Shown here: positions 30,289 to 40,956 of the stretch, in pieces
Layout of the letters: every line of letters begins with the position of its first letter
Position numbering within the stretch: position 1 is the first letter of the stretch
IMG/VR virus record: IMGVR_UViG_3300008120_005716
Coordinates: 1 to 56,324 of that record
DNA from: a virus
Lineage: Duplodnaviria; Caudoviricetes
Length of the DNA: 56,324 nt
Strand: one strand, 5' to 3'
Program-made: the position numbers and the translations under genes
Notes under the pieces: model-generated
What the model was told of the DNA's origin: nothing
Database searches by the model: none
The model's input: the letters and a program-made list of their open reading frames with translations, nothing else

Positions 30289-31265
30289 TAGTATTCATAA
30301 CAACAGGTTACGGAAAAAACATAGTAGGAGGTTCGGATATATGGTGTAATAGCTTCGTAGAGAACGTTTTACCATTGGTTACTGAAGATTACAAAATTGT
30401 AATTGATGGTAGACCTTTGTTGCCAGAAGAAGGAGCAATTTACACTTACCAAAATGATGATGAAATAGATAGGATATTAAATGAATGTGATAAGATTGTA
30501 TTCTTACATCATTCTTACAAACCAAATCCTATAATCAAAAAATATCTACATAAAACTCACACAACCTTTGTTCATGCTTTCATTCCTGATATGTTGGGAT
30601 TGAACGATGAGTATGAAAACCTAATGACTAAAATTGATTGGGAATGGCAAAAGGAAATATTGGATAATTCGGATAATATAATTTGGATTGGATATGAAAA
30701 CGATACTATACATAAAAGTTATCCACACGTTATTAACATTACAAATTATTATGAATGGAAAGAAAGTAAACCATTTTTAGGAATTATTTCAAATAAGATT
30801 GGATATGCTGCGAGATGCGAAACTCGTAAAAATGCACATTACTTAGATAATATTCCTTCTATTATATTTTCTAACAAATATGATTATAAGAGAATGTTAG
30901 AAGGTAGTAAAATAAATTCCGATTACCATAGATTTATTGAATTCGATTACCGATTTCATCAGAAATTTTTTGATGGTAATTTTCAAATATTTCACGGATG
31001 TTATACAAAAGAACCTTTTGGGTATTCAATATTTGATGCGGTAGATAATGGTAAAATTCCAATTATACATACGAATTGGATGAAACATATTGATTACAAA
31101 TATAGAGCAAATACAAAAGAAGAATTTAATCACATATATTTAGAAATATTAGAGGATTCATTTGATAAAGTAAATTTTGAATTTAATAAATTAAGAAATG
31201 GATTAAATGAATATAATAATAAACAAAAGTGGGTTACCGAAATATGCAAAGTCTTATCAATTTAA
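30285..31265 (+). CDS. Putative GT-B (GT4-like) glycosyltransferase
   Basis: N-terminal VGGSDIW; YAARCETRKN; EPFGYSIFDAVDNGKIPI (variant of E-x-F-G-x4-E-A). Confidence 0.7.
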   Translation: MIVFITTGYGKNIVGGSDIWCNSFVENVLPLVTEDYKIVIDGRPLLPEEGAIYTYQNDDEIDRILNECDKIVFLHHSYKPNPIIKKYLHKTHTTFVHAFIPDMLGLNDEYENLMTKIDWEWQKEILDNSDNIIWIGYENDTIHKSYPHVINITNYYEWKESKPFLGIISNKIGYAARCETRKNAHYLDNIPSIIFSNKYDYKRMLEGSKINSDYHRFIEFDYRFHQKFFDGNFQIFHGCYTKEPFGYSIFDAVDNGKIPIIHTNWMKHIDYKYRANTKEEFNHIYLEILEDSFDKVNFEFNKLRNGLNEYNNKQKWVTEICKVLSI

Positions 31266-32008
31266 ATTTAGTAAAAAATTTTATTACTAATAATCATACA
31301 ACAAATGAAGAGGGTGATGTATCATATCAGCCCGTTAAATATCGTTGGTCACATGGTGCAACTGATTTACATTTAGGAGATGGGTTATTAGTGTATTCTC
31401 TCATACAATTTATTAGAGCAAAGGTATGTGTATGTATTGGAACAGGTGGTGGATTCATACCCCGTTTGATGACACAATCTCGCCACGATTTATGGGAGCA
31501 AGGAATATTCGAAGGAAATCCATCCAACGAATGGGGTGATATTGGAACTACAATAGTAATAGATGCTGCAAATGGCGTTGGTGGGTTTACTGATTGGACT
31601 GAAGAGAATAGTTTTTTAAGACAACATTTTGCACCACAAGTTATAATCGAAACATCAGAAAGAGCATACTATGATTATTTCGTAAGACAGGATATAAAAA
31701 TCGATTATCTACACATAGATGGCGACCATTCATATGAGGGAGTTAAAAAGGATTTTGAATTGTATTCTCAAATAATGTCAGAAAATGGAATTATCACAAT
31801 TCACGATACAGACCAAAACTATCATAATACGTTTTTAGTTCCAGATACACAAAAAACAGATTTCGCAGAATTTGATGGGCCTGCAAAATTTATTGAAGAA
31901 TTAAAAAATAACTCTCAATATAATTTGGTAAATTTAAAAAATTTTATTAACTTTACACACAAAAGTACATCTACTGGGTTAACCATAGTTACTAAAAATA
32001 AAATATGA
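31244..32008 (+). CDS. Class I SAM-dependent methyltransferase (Methyltransf_24-like)
   Basis: CIGTGGG motif I variant; IDYLHIDGDHSYEGVKKDF..Y...MSENGIITIHDT. ATG 31244 preferred over the track's 31229. Confidence 0.85.
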   Translation: MQSLINLNLVKNFITNNHTTNEEGDVSYQPVKYRWSHGATDLHLGDGLLVYSLIQFIRAKVCVCIGTGGGFIPRLMTQSRHDLWEQGIFEGNPSNEWGDIGTTIVIDAANGVGGFTDWTEENSFLRQHFAPQVIIETSERAYYDYFVRQDIKIDYLHIDGDHSYEGVKKDFELYSQIMSENGIITIHDTDQNYHNTFLVPDTQKTDFAEFDGPAKFIEELKNNSQYNLVNLKNFINFTHKSTSTGLTIVTKNKI

Positions 32009-32859
32009 TAAGATTAGTTACTGTAACGGGAGCAAGAACCACAACTTTGCCATATATGTTACAACACTATATTGATTTAGTCGATGAAATATATGTTGTA
32101 GCATACGATACCAAAAATAATCAATATGAGAATGTAAAGAAAGTATGTGATTTATTTGGAAGTAAAGTAAAATTATATAAGCATTTAGATGAGCAAGAGT
32201 ATAATTGGGAAACAGTTACATTACTTTATAATGTAATAAAAAATTTATATCCAGAAGATTGGTGGATAGTTTCTGATGATGATGAATTTCACATTTATTC
32301 AAAACCATTAAATCAAATTATACAAGATTGTGATACAAATGGTTGGGATATTGTAAGGGGTGGGTTTATAGACAGAATAGGTGAAGATGGTAAATTTAAT
32401 GAAATAAAACCATTCAGTTCTAATCAAAACCTATTTAGTCAATTTCCAATGGCTGGCTTTTTTAGATATCCTATGAGTGGAGCTTGCCCAAATAAAATAT
32501 GTATAGTTAGGGGAAATGTTGAAATTACAAATGGACAGCATTATGCAAAAATTGGTAATAAAACATTGTGGGGGCCGCAATTAGATAATAAAAGAATAGC
32601 GCCAATAGATGAATACAATGTACAGGTTCATCATTTTAAATGGGATTCTACATCTATTGATAGGATTAAAGCTGTAGCAGATATTAAAAAAGATTATGCA
32701 TATTCCGATGAATATCTAAAAATGTATCAATCACTACGTTCAAATGGATTTAAATTAAATATCGAAAATCCTTTATACAAATTCGAATTTTGCCCAACAG
32801 CAAACTACGAAAATTACAAAAATTGGAGTGTTTTATTAAAAGAAATTATATCTATATAA
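32005..32859 (+). CDS. Glycosyltransferase family 2-like (GT-A)
   Basis: LPYMLQHY...VDEIYV; WWIVSDDDEF; VHHFKW. Confidence 0.7.
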   Translation: MIRLVTVTGARTTTLPYMLQHYIDLVDEIYVVAYDTKNNQYENVKKVCDLFGSKVKLYKHLDEQEYNWETVTLLYNVIKNLYPEDWWIVSDDDEFHIYSKPLNQIIQDCDTNGWDIVRGGFIDRIGEDGKFNEIKPFSSNQNLFSQFPMAGFFRYPMSGACPNKICIVRGNVEITNGQHYAKIGNKTLWGPQLDNKRIAPIDEYNVQVHHFKWDSTSIDRIKAVADIKKDYAYSDEYLKMYQSLRSNGFKLNIENPLYKFEFCPTANYENYKNWSVLLKEIISI

Positions 32860-32875
32860 AAGGTTATATTTGGTT

Positions 32876-34348
32876 ATGTCAAAGAAAAAGTTAGGTATTA
32901 TTGTACCGATACGAGATAGAAACGAAGAACTATACAAATTCTCTGCACACATGCAGTGGTTCTTAGCTGATAAGATGGATTATACAATCTATTTTATAGA
33001 GCAACATTCTCCCGATTTATTTAATTATGGTAGTTTGTGTAATGTTGGCTACAAACTTCTAAAAGATGAATGTGATTATTTCATATTTCACGATGTGAAC
33101 TTAATTCCGATAACCGATAATTGCGATTATTCAGACCAATTCTTAAATCCGATACATATGGCTTCTAATATTTCAGATATTAAAAATGGAAAGCCATATC
33201 CACATTATATTGGTGGAGTATTTAAAATATCAAAAGAAGATTTTGAAAAAATAAATGGATTTAGTAATGATTATTGGGATGGTGGGTTTGAATATATGGA
33301 TTTGTTATGGAGAATGAATAAATACAATGTATTTCTTCCTACTATAAAATTCTTCGATAAAGACATATACAAACCACATAGATTAATTGATGTTACTGAA
33401 AATGAATACGAAGTTACAAAAAAATTAACATCATTTGAATTTTCAGATGGAGATTCTTTAATGATAAAATCCAATCCAATAGTAGATAATTTATTTCAAG
33501 ATTCTTTTACATTATCATTTGATGCTTTCATTAATGGAGATTTAACACAAGATGGAACATTAATAGCAAAAGAAGGATATGATGTTGGATTATTCATTAA
33601 AAATAATGAAGCAATGGTTTTTCAACATTGGTTTGAAGATGGTGAATTGATACAAATATGGTGGAATCATTCGGATATTAAAGATAAATGGGCACATATA
33701 ACTTTAAGATTTGATACAGTTCAGGGAATAGTATCATTATTTGTAAATGGTAGTTTAGTAGATGAAGTATTTTTTGATACATCTAAATTACTTATGGATT
33801 TTTCTCAAAAAGATATTTGGCTAGGCTCTCTTTTCTTTAAAAATAAATTAAATGGTAAAATTTCAAATTTATTATGTTTCGATTATGCATTAAGCGATAC
33901 TGAAATCGATTTAGTATTCAAAGAAAACTATGATAAGGGGCTTACTACATTTGAACCAATCATTGATATATCTTTTAATAAAATGGTTGGACAATTTTAT
34001 ATTGATACCGCTAGCTTAAAAAACCACGCTAGACAGATTTTAATATCAAATCATAAAAAAATAGTAGAAGAAGATTTTCAATATTCTTATAAATTTAATA
34101 TGCCAGAATCCGATATTGGTAAATTTAAAGTTTTGGAAAATTCAGAAAAATTCACTATATTAGACAATTATAATTATGAAACTCCAAACCCAAATTTTAT
34201 AGAGAATGAAAACATATTCTTTTATGAATCAGTAAAATCAAAAAACAAAGATATTCCTAAATTTGGATTATCAAGTGTAAGTTATAAAATTATGGGTGAA
34301 ACAAAAATAGATAAAAACATAAAAAAAATTTCAGTTAAACTAAACTAA
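32876..34348 (+). CDS. GT7 (beta-1,4-galactosyltransferase-like) with inserted LamG domain; degenerate active site
   Basis: IIVPIRDR, FNYGSLCNVG, FHDVNL, IGGV, INGFSNDYWDGGFEYMDL; LamG-like WAHIT...LFVNG...LNGKISNL. Confidence 0.75.
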   Translation: MSKKKLGIIVPIRDRNEELYKFSAHMQWFLADKMDYTIYFIEQHSPDLFNYGSLCNVGYKLLKDECDYFIFHDVNLIPITDNCDYSDQFLNPIHMASNISDIKNGKPYPHYIGGVFKISKEDFEKINGFSNDYWDGGFEYMDLLWRMNKYNVFLPTIKFFDKDIYKPHRLIDVTENEYEVTKKLTSFEFSDGDSLMIKSNPIVDNLFQDSFTLSFDAFINGDLTQDGTLIAKEGYDVGLFIKNNEAMVFQHWFEDGELIQIWWNHSDIKDKWAHITLRFDTVQGIVSLFVNGSLVDEVFFDTSKLLMDFSQKDIWLGSLFFKNKLNGKISNLLCFDYALSDTEIDLVFKENYDKGLTTFEPIIDISFNKMVGQFYIDTASLKNHARQILISNHKKIVEEDFQYSYKFNMPESDIGKFKVLENSEKFTILDNYNYETPNPNFIENENIFFYESVKSKNKDIPKFGLSSVSYKIMGETKIDKNIKKISVKLN

Positions 34349-34353
34349 CAAAT

Positions 34354-34635
34354 ATGGCAGGTACAAAAAAAGTTGTTACACAACAAGTAGAATCAGCAGA
34401 AGCTGTTGAAAATTTAATCTTAGAACAAAGAAAAGTTAAAGCATTAGAAAAAATTGCAAACTCTTTAGATGCATTAACTGTTTGGTTCGAAGAAATTGAA
34501 AAGCAAGATTGGAGTGATAGAATTCAATACTATTTGTATGAATTACATAATAATGTTACCAGAATGGCTGATGCAGCTGAGGGAACATCATCACAACCAT
34601 CTACTGGCAGACCTAAAAAAGATTCTGAAAAATAA
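34354..34635 (+). CDS. Hypothetical helical protein
   Basis: 93-aa ORF coupled to the next gene by TAATG; ends in TGRPKK. Confidence 0.7.
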   Translation: MAGTKKVVTQQVESAEAVENLILEQRKVKALEKIANSLDALTVWFEEIEKQDWSDRIQYYLYELHNNVTRMADAAEGTSSQPSTGRPKKDSEK

Positions 34636-36095
34636 TGAAATTAGGTATAATTGTTCCATATAGAAATAGAGAAGCTCATCTAAAGATGTTTAGAGAAAGT
34701 GTTGATGCTGCTCTAAAAAAACAATCAATTCAATATGAACTTATTATAGTAGAACAATTAGATGAGAAACCTTTTAATAGAGGTAAGTTATTAAATATAG
34801 GATTTGAAAGAGCCAAAAAATTAGGTTGTAAATATGTTGCGTTTCACGATGTGGATATGATACCAATTAAGGTGGATTACTCATATTCAGAAACACCAAT
34901 ACATTTAGCAACTGGTTTTGAAGATAACCCAAATATCAAAAGAATAGTATTTGATGAATACTTTGGAGGTATAACTATTTTTCCAATGCAAGCGTTTGAA
35001 CAAATAAATGGTTATTCAAACGATTATTGGGGATGGGGATTTGAAGATGATGACCTTCTATATAGATGTAAGCAAGCCGGATTATCTTTAGATAAAAAGA
35101 TAATAAAATCCGATGCTAAAGTAAAAGGATTATATTTTAATGGTAAAAATTCTTATATTGAAATTGATAAACTGCATGATATTTTTGATTTTAAAAATTC
35201 AAGAAGTGTAGTAGTAAAATTTAAAGCAGATAGCATAGTTTGTAGTCCGAATAAAGAATGGGATGATTATACAGTTTTTTCTATTCCTGGTTATGATACA
35301 AATATAAGTTTTAATTCATTCAAAAGATATAAAGTAGAAACTTGGGATACAAATAATAATGCGTATGCTATAAACTCTGAAATATCAATTAATTCATATG
35401 TAAATATTGTATTTAATTTAGATTTCTTAAATGGAAAAATATCAATGTATAAGGATGGTGAGTTTATAGGAGAAACAACTATATCACGCACTTATAACAG
35501 AGATGGTAAAGAAGTGAAAGAATTTGCTAAAATAAAAAATTATAAAGATGAAGCATCTTTCTTTTTAGGCTGTGGAGACCCGTATAGAAATGAAGATGGT
35601 AATTGGTTTAAAGGCGTAATTAAAGAATTTGCGGTATATGATGGAATACTTTCACCATCGGAAATAAAAGCAATATCAGAAAACAGAATGTATCCACTTA
35701 CTGAAAATTTTAAACAATATAAATCTTCAGAAAAACTATTATGTTATTATGATACTTGTATAACAAGGAATAGAACTTTGATAGATTTAAGTGGTAATGG
35801 TAATGATGCATCTACACACCAAACTCATTTAGTTGAAATCGATGTTTCAGATGAATTTGATGTATATGTTCCAAAAAGAAGAAAATCTTTGATAAAACTA
35901 TTATCTCATAGAGAAAATGGATATACTGGTGGTAAATGGAAAACTAGAAATACTCGCCAAAATCAAATAAGATTTTTTAACAATATTTCCAGAAACTTAA
36001 CAAATGTAGAATCTGATGGATTATCAAATTGTACATATAAATTATTAAACGAGGCAACGATTAAAAACTATCATTTTTTGTCTGTACTTTTATAA
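34635..36095 (+). CDS. GT7 glycosyltransferase with inserted LamG domain
   Basis: IIVPYRNRE.HL, FNRGKLLNIG, FHDVDM, YFGG, NGYSNDYWGWGFEDDDL; LamG-like MYKDG...FKGVIKEFAVYD...DLSGNGN; C-terminal DGLS. Confidence 0.88.
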   Translation: MKLGIIVPYRNREAHLKMFRESVDAALKKQSIQYELIIVEQLDEKPFNRGKLLNIGFERAKKLGCKYVAFHDVDMIPIKVDYSYSETPIHLATGFEDNPNIKRIVFDEYFGGITIFPMQAFEQINGYSNDYWGWGFEDDDLLYRCKQAGLSLDKKIIKSDAKVKGLYFNGKNSYIEIDKLHDIFDFKNSRSVVVKFKADSIVCSPNKEWDDYTVFSIPGYDTNISFNSFKRYKVETWDTNNNAYAINSEISINSYVNIVFNLDFLNGKISMYKDGEFIGETTISRTYNRDGKEVKEFAKIKNYKDEASFFLGCGDPYRNEDGNWFKGVIKEFAVYDGILSPSEIKAISENRMYPLTENFKQYKSSEKLLCYYDTCITRNRTLIDLSGNGNDASTHQTHLVEIDVSDEFDVYVPKRRKSLIKLLSHRENGYTGGKWKTRNTRQNQIRFFNNISRNLTNVESDGLSNCTYKLLNEATIKNYHFLSVLL

Positions 36096-36096
36096 T

Positions 36097-37563
36097 ATGA
36101 AATTAGGTGTATGTGTACCATATAGAAATAGAGAAGAGCACTTAAAAAGATTTGTTCCCCATATTCATAAATTTTTAAATGAAAGGGGAATTGAGCATGC
36201 TATATACTTAGGACATCAAAATGATGATGAATTATTCAATCGAGGATTGATGAAAAATGTAGCAGCAATTGTTGCATTTGAAGATGGGTGTGATTATATA
36301 GTTTGGCACGATATTGATATGGTGCCAGAAGATGAGAGTTGTGATTATTCATTTCCAACCGATAATCCACAACACATAGCAGTTCGTATATCTCAATCTG
36401 ATTACAATTTAAAGTATGAAGAATACTTTGGAGGAGCAGTTTTATTTAGTAAAGAGCAAGCATATAAAACCAATGGTTATTCAAATGATTATTGGGATTG
36501 GGGTATGGAAGATGATGACCTTTTTTGGAGATGTGTTTTGGAGGGAATGGTTGATAAAAAAATTCATCAAACAATAGAAAACCAATCATATGGTAAGTTT
36601 AATGGTATAAACTCATTATTAGAAATATTACCATCTAATAATTTAAGAAACGCAATTTCTGATTCACATACCATTTCAGTTTTGGTAAAGGCTGACCAGC
36701 AAATAGAAAAAGTTCCGATTTGGTTAATTGGCGATACAAAAAGACAATTTGTAGAATACCCGATATTCAGAAAACCTGGTTACGATTGGGGACTATCTTT
36801 TAATAATAGTAGAGCATATACTGCTATGCTATGGGATTCCAAAAAGAATCACATATATCAATGGATGAAACGTTATGAAAATCAATGGAGTTGGGTAACG
36901 ATGGTATTAGATGCAAAAAATAAAAAGATGCATCTTTATATGAATGGAAATGAAAGCGATGCCAGAAATGGTACAGGCACAAATTCACCTATGTATTTCG
37001 AATCACCATTAAAGAGATATGGAGTTGAACCATTTTTTGTTGGACACACGCCATCACCGGGAACTCAAAAATATGCTAAATGGTTTAAAGGAGATATTGC
37101 TAAAATTAAAGTTTGGAATAAAGCATTTAATAATGATGAAGTTAAAAATAGTATTTTTGAAAATGCTTTTGAAAAAACAGCTATTTTAAATCTATCATTT
37201 AATGGTATGGCAAAAGATGATTCTTATTTAAAACATAGATTAGTAAATCAAAATGTAGAAATAGAATCAAAAAATATAGAAGTACCATCTACAATATTAC
37301 CATATAGAAGAGATGGTAAATTTGAATGCTTACCACATCAAACGGAAGGTATTATTGAAGTCGGAGGAATTCAGAAATGGGCAAAAGGTGAAACTACTGC
37401 TGCAAACGAAAGGAGATATGTATTAAATATGCAGCAAGGTAGTATCAATTATAAAAGCGATGGATTATCAAATGCAAAAGAAAGATATGAATTTATCAGT
37501 AAAGAGCAGATAATGGATATTCCAAACGCATTTATGGTAAATGTAAAAACCATAAAGAAATGA
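36097..37563 (+). CDS. GT7 glycosyltransferase with inserted LamG domain
   Basis: VCVPYRNREEHL, FNRGLMKN, WHDIDM, YFGG, NGYSNDYWDWGMEDDDL; LamG-like WSWVTMV..LYMNG...FKGDIAKIKVWNKA; C-terminal DGLS. Confidence 0.88.
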   Translation: MKLGVCVPYRNREEHLKRFVPHIHKFLNERGIEHAIYLGHQNDDELFNRGLMKNVAAIVAFEDGCDYIVWHDIDMVPEDESCDYSFPTDNPQHIAVRISQSDYNLKYEEYFGGAVLFSKEQAYKTNGYSNDYWDWGMEDDDLFWRCVLEGMVDKKIHQTIENQSYGKFNGINSLLEILPSNNLRNAISDSHTISVLVKADQQIEKVPIWLIGDTKRQFVEYPIFRKPGYDWGLSFNNSRAYTAMLWDSKKNHIYQWMKRYENQWSWVTMVLDAKNKKMHLYMNGNESDARNGTGTNSPMYFESPLKRYGVEPFFVGHTPSPGTQKYAKWFKGDIAKIKVWNKAFNNDEVKNSIFENAFEKTAILNLSFNGMAKDDSYLKHRLVNQNVEIESKNIEVPSTILPYRRDGKFECLPHQTEGIIEVGGIQKWAKGETTAANERRYVLNMQQGSINYKSDGLSNAKERYEFISKEQIMDIPNAFMVNVKTIKK

Positions 37564-37802
37564 GTGATATACTGATGCCAAGAATGACTGATACAATGGA
37601 AACGGGGTTATTGGTAACTTGGTTTGTTAAAGTAGGAGATTATGTAAAGTCGGGTGATATAATTGCTGAAATAGAAACTGATAAAGCCGTTATGGATTTA
37701 GAAGTTTGGGAAAGTGGATATATAACCTATATAGGAATAGAAGAAGGTAAAAGAATACCAATTAATAGTATAATAGCTAAAATAGAAAATAATGTCAGAT
37801 AA
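37560..37802 (+). CDS. Stand-alone lipoyl-carrier domain (PDH E2 N-terminal-like)
   Basis: MPRMTDTMETG...W..KVGD.VKSGDIIAEIETDKAVMDLE: lipoylation hairpin ETDKA; only 80 aa. Confidence 0.9.
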   Translation: MSDILMPRMTDTMETGLLVTWFVKVGDYVKSGDIIAEIETDKAVMDLEVWESGYITYIGIEEGKRIPINSIIAKIENNVR

Positions 37803-39216
37803 ATTTAAAGTTGATTTAGAACAACAAAACCCTTTGTATGTAAATACGAAGAAAACATTAGATGCAGTTGGACCGGGTATGTGTTTGGCAAAATGGACAC
37901 AAGTAACGTTATCGTTGCAAGTTGGACATAACCACTCATGTCACCACCCACGCACTCACGCAATTTCACCGCAAGAGATTGCACGAAACCCATCTGCACT
38001 TCATAATACGAGATATAAAAAACTTCGTAGAAAAGAAATGTTAAGTGGTGCAAGACCAACGGAGTGTGATTATTGTTGGGGTGTAGAAGATAATTCAAAC
38101 ATATTTTCTGATAGAATATTTAAATCTTCAGAAAGCTGGTCTTTACCATTTATGGAACAAATTAAAAGTTCTGATTGGAGAGATGATTTTAATCCAAAAT
38201 ATGTTGAGGTTGCATTTAGTAATGCTTGTAATTTCAAATGTTCATATTGTGGACCTGCATACAGCTCTCAATGGGTAGAAGAAATTGAACAATATGGTGC
38301 CTATCCTACAACCGATAGATTTAATGATACTCAATATTTGATTGAAGAACACAAAATGCCAATCGCTCAAAAAGACTACAATCCATACGTTGAAGCATTT
38401 TGGAAATGGTGGCCTGATTTGTATAGAGATTTACATACTTTTAGAATAACAGGTGGTGAACCATTATTAGCAAAAGATACTTGGAAAGTATTGGATTATA
38501 TAATTGAACAAAAAAATCCAAATAAACAACTTAAATTGGCATTTAATTCTAACTTAGGTGCACCGGATGTACTTATCGATAAGTTTATTGAAAAAATAAA
38601 ACGAATTGAAGATGAAGATAGAGCAAGCGAAATTGTAATCTTTACATCGGTAGATACCTGGGGAGAGCAAGCTGATTATATTAGAACGGGATTAGAATTT
38701 AATAGATTTTGGGATAACGTAAATAAAATTTTAACAAAATGCCCGAGAGTTATTATTACGTTCATGTCTACCTACAATGCACTAAGTTTATTTAATTATA
38801 ATAAATTAATTAAAGAAGTATATAACCTAAAAGACATATATGGTAGTTATGATAGATATTGGAATTCAGCAGTATTCTTAGATTCATCTTATTTAAGATA
38901 TCCTTTACATCAAACTGTACAAGTATTACCTTATGATTTTTCTAAAAAAATATTAGAACAAACTAAGTTGATTACATACTACGCAATTCCTGTATTTGAA
39001 CCAAAATATATTGGATTCTCTGATATAGAGGTACAAAAATTAAAAAGAATATATGATTGGATGATATCACCACAAGATGCCGGTAAGCAACTTAGAAACC
39101 GATACAACTTCCACAAATACTTTACGGAGCATGATAAGAGAAGGGGAACTAATTTTGTAAAAACATTCCCTGAATTGGAAGAATTTTATAATTTTTGTGG
39201 AACTATTCAAATTTAA
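37792..39216 (+). CDS. Radical SAM protein with N-terminal SPASM/twitch-like Cys cluster
   Basis: CNFKCSYC; ITGGEPLL; N-terminal MCLAKW...HSCHHP...ECDYCW. Confidence 0.9.
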   Translation: MSDKFKVDLEQQNPLYVNTKKTLDAVGPGMCLAKWTQVTLSLQVGHNHSCHHPRTHAISPQEIARNPSALHNTRYKKLRRKEMLSGARPTECDYCWGVEDNSNIFSDRIFKSSESWSLPFMEQIKSSDWRDDFNPKYVEVAFSNACNFKCSYCGPAYSSQWVEEIEQYGAYPTTDRFNDTQYLIEEHKMPIAQKDYNPYVEAFWKWWPDLYRDLHTFRITGGEPLLAKDTWKVLDYIIEQKNPNKQLKLAFNSNLGAPDVLIDKFIEKIKRIEDEDRASEIVIFTSVDTWGEQADYIRTGLEFNRFWDNVNKILTKCPRVIITFMSTYNALSLFNYNKLIKEVYNLKDIYGSYDRYWNSAVFLDSSYLRYPLHQTVQVLPYDFSKKILEQTKLITYYAIPVFEPKYIGFSDIEVQKLKRIYDWMISPQDAGKQLRNRYNFHKYFTEHDKRRGTNFVKTFPELEEFYNFCGTIQI

Positions 39217-39220
39217 AAAT

Positions 39221-39988
39221 ATGAGTTTATTAGTAAAAAAAGAAGAGCCTTGGGTTATCCTACCTGAAAGTAGATATGATATTACGGATAGAAAAATCGA
39301 TACCTTTATGGATGATGATTTTTCATTATACCTAAAAGTAAAAATATTTCCAGAAACAATGGAATATGGGCAAGAAGGATTTGCATTTGGTAGAAGTGGT
39401 AAACATTCTGGATTATCTTTTTATAAAGTAAAAAGTAACGATGGTTTTGATATCACTACATTAATGTGGACTTATTGGTTCACCGATGATACTTTTGTAC
39501 AATTTCATCACACACTAAATGAATCAGAAGTAAATGATTTTATTGAAGTAGTTGTATTAAATGATGATACTAATTCAAAAACGTTTACAGTATATGTGAA
39601 TTCAAAATTAGTAGATACAAAAGAATATGTTGAAAAAGATAAACAATCTTATAAATTTGGTGAAATGGGTGGCGGAGGATTTTATCAGTTTGGTAATGGT
39701 AATTTTCAAGTGCCGGATATAGCAATGTATTTAGAGTGTGAATTTGATATGTGTTTCTTAATAAAAGGTTTACGTTCATTAAATGAAATGCAATCGATGG
39801 CATATGGATATGAAAAAGACTTAGTTGAGTTTTTAGAAGATTTAAGAGTGTTTAGAGATGAAACCCCTTATAAAAAAGATTTAGCATTTTTCTTAGATTT
39901 TAAACAACAAAATAGATATAAAGTGTGGGAATTGACTCACAATGGAAATTATTTATCAAAAGCAACTTTAGAAAACATTTATTTTTAA
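39221..39988 (+). CDS. Hypothetical protein, probably a stand-alone LamG/concanavalin-A-like domain
   Basis: FSLYLKVK...FTVYVNS...FFLDFK....VWELTHNGN parallels the LamG inserts of the GT7 genes. ATG 39221 preferred over 39197. Confidence 0.5.
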   Translation: MSLLVKKEEPWVILPESRYDITDRKIDTFMDDDFSLYLKVKIFPETMEYGQEGFAFGRSGKHSGLSFYKVKSNDGFDITTLMWTYWFTDDTFVQFHHTLNESEVNDFIEVVVLNDDTNSKTFTVYVNSKLVDTKEYVEKDKQSYKFGEMGGGGFYQFGNGNFQVPDIAMYLECEFDMCFLIKGLRSLNEMQSMAYGYEKDLVEFLEDLRVFRDETPYKKDLAFFLDFKQQNRYKVWELTHNGNYLSKATLENIYF

Positions 39989-39989
39989 A

Positions 39990-40955
39990 ATGAAAATATT
40001 AATTACAGGCGGAGCAGGCTATTTAGGTTCAGTTATGGTTGAACGATTCCTACATGTAGGATATGAAGTTACAGTATTAGATAAACTATTATTTAATCAA
40101 ACTTCTCTTTTACAATATACATCATATCCTAAATTTAAATTCATATATGGAGATGTTCGTAACGAATCATTATTAGAGCAGTTATGTAAAGAAGCTGATG
40201 TGATTATACCATTAGCGGCAATAGTTGGATTTCCTGCTTGTGCAGCAGACCCTAAATTAGCAAAGGAAATTAATTTTGACCAAATCTTTAATATTGTAAG
40301 ATTTGCTAAAGATAAAAAGATTTTATATCCAAATACAAATAGTGGATATGGAATTGGTATTGGACAAACCGAATGTACCGAAGAATCGCCTCTTACACCG
40401 ATATCAGTTTATGGACAAACTAAATGTGATGCAGAAAATTTCCTAAGAGCAAACACATCTGCAATTACTTTTAGATTAGCTACTGTATTTGGCGTATCAC
40501 CAAGAATGAGAACCGACTTGTTAGTAAACGATTTTGTTTACAAAGCAATTACTGATAAATACATTGTGGTGTTTGAAAAGACATTTAAAAGAAATTTTAT
40601 TCATATTGAAGATGTAGCATCTGCATTTCTTTTTATGATAAATCACTACGATGAATATAAAGGTGAAGTATTTAATGTAGGATTAAGCTCTGCAAACCTT
40701 TCAAAGCAGGAACTATTGGAAAAGATACAATCCCATGTAAAGGATTTTGCGGTATCATACAACGATTTTTATGAGGACCCCGATAAAAGAGATTACATCG
40801 TATCAAACGCTAAAATAGAAGCGACTGGTTGGTTACCACAATGGGATTTAGATAGAGGTATTAAACAATTGATTCAAGGGTATCAAATGATAGTTCCAAA
40901 AATGGGTGCAGAATTCAGAAATGGATTTCCATTAGGATACGCAAATAAAGCATAA
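39990..40955 (+). CDS. NAD-dependent NDP-sugar epimerase/dehydratase/reductase (extended SDR)
   Basis: ITGGAGYLG; LAAIVG; YGQTK (YxxxK); RLATVFGVSPRMR.DL; RNFIHIEDVA. Confidence 0.92.
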   Translation: MKILITGGAGYLGSVMVERFLHVGYEVTVLDKLLFNQTSLLQYTSYPKFKFIYGDVRNESLLEQLCKEADVIIPLAAIVGFPACAADPKLAKEINFDQIFNIVRFAKDKKILYPNTNSGYGIGIGQTECTEESPLTPISVYGQTKCDAENFLRANTSAITFRLATVFGVSPRMRTDLLVNDFVYKAITDKYIVVFEKTFKRNFIHIEDVASAFLFMINHYDEYKGEVFNVGLSSANLSKQELLEKIQSHVKDFAVSYNDFYEDPDKRDYIVSNAKIEATGWLPQWDLDRGIKQLIQGYQMIVPKMGAEFRNGFPLGYANKA

Positions 40956-40956
40956 T

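Noticed and set aside
37792-39216. Lipoyl synthase (LipA) assignment for the radical SAM next to the lipoyl domain
   Set aside because: It lacks the LipA CX4CX5C and RSSY motifs and instead has a SPASM/twitch-like N-terminus.
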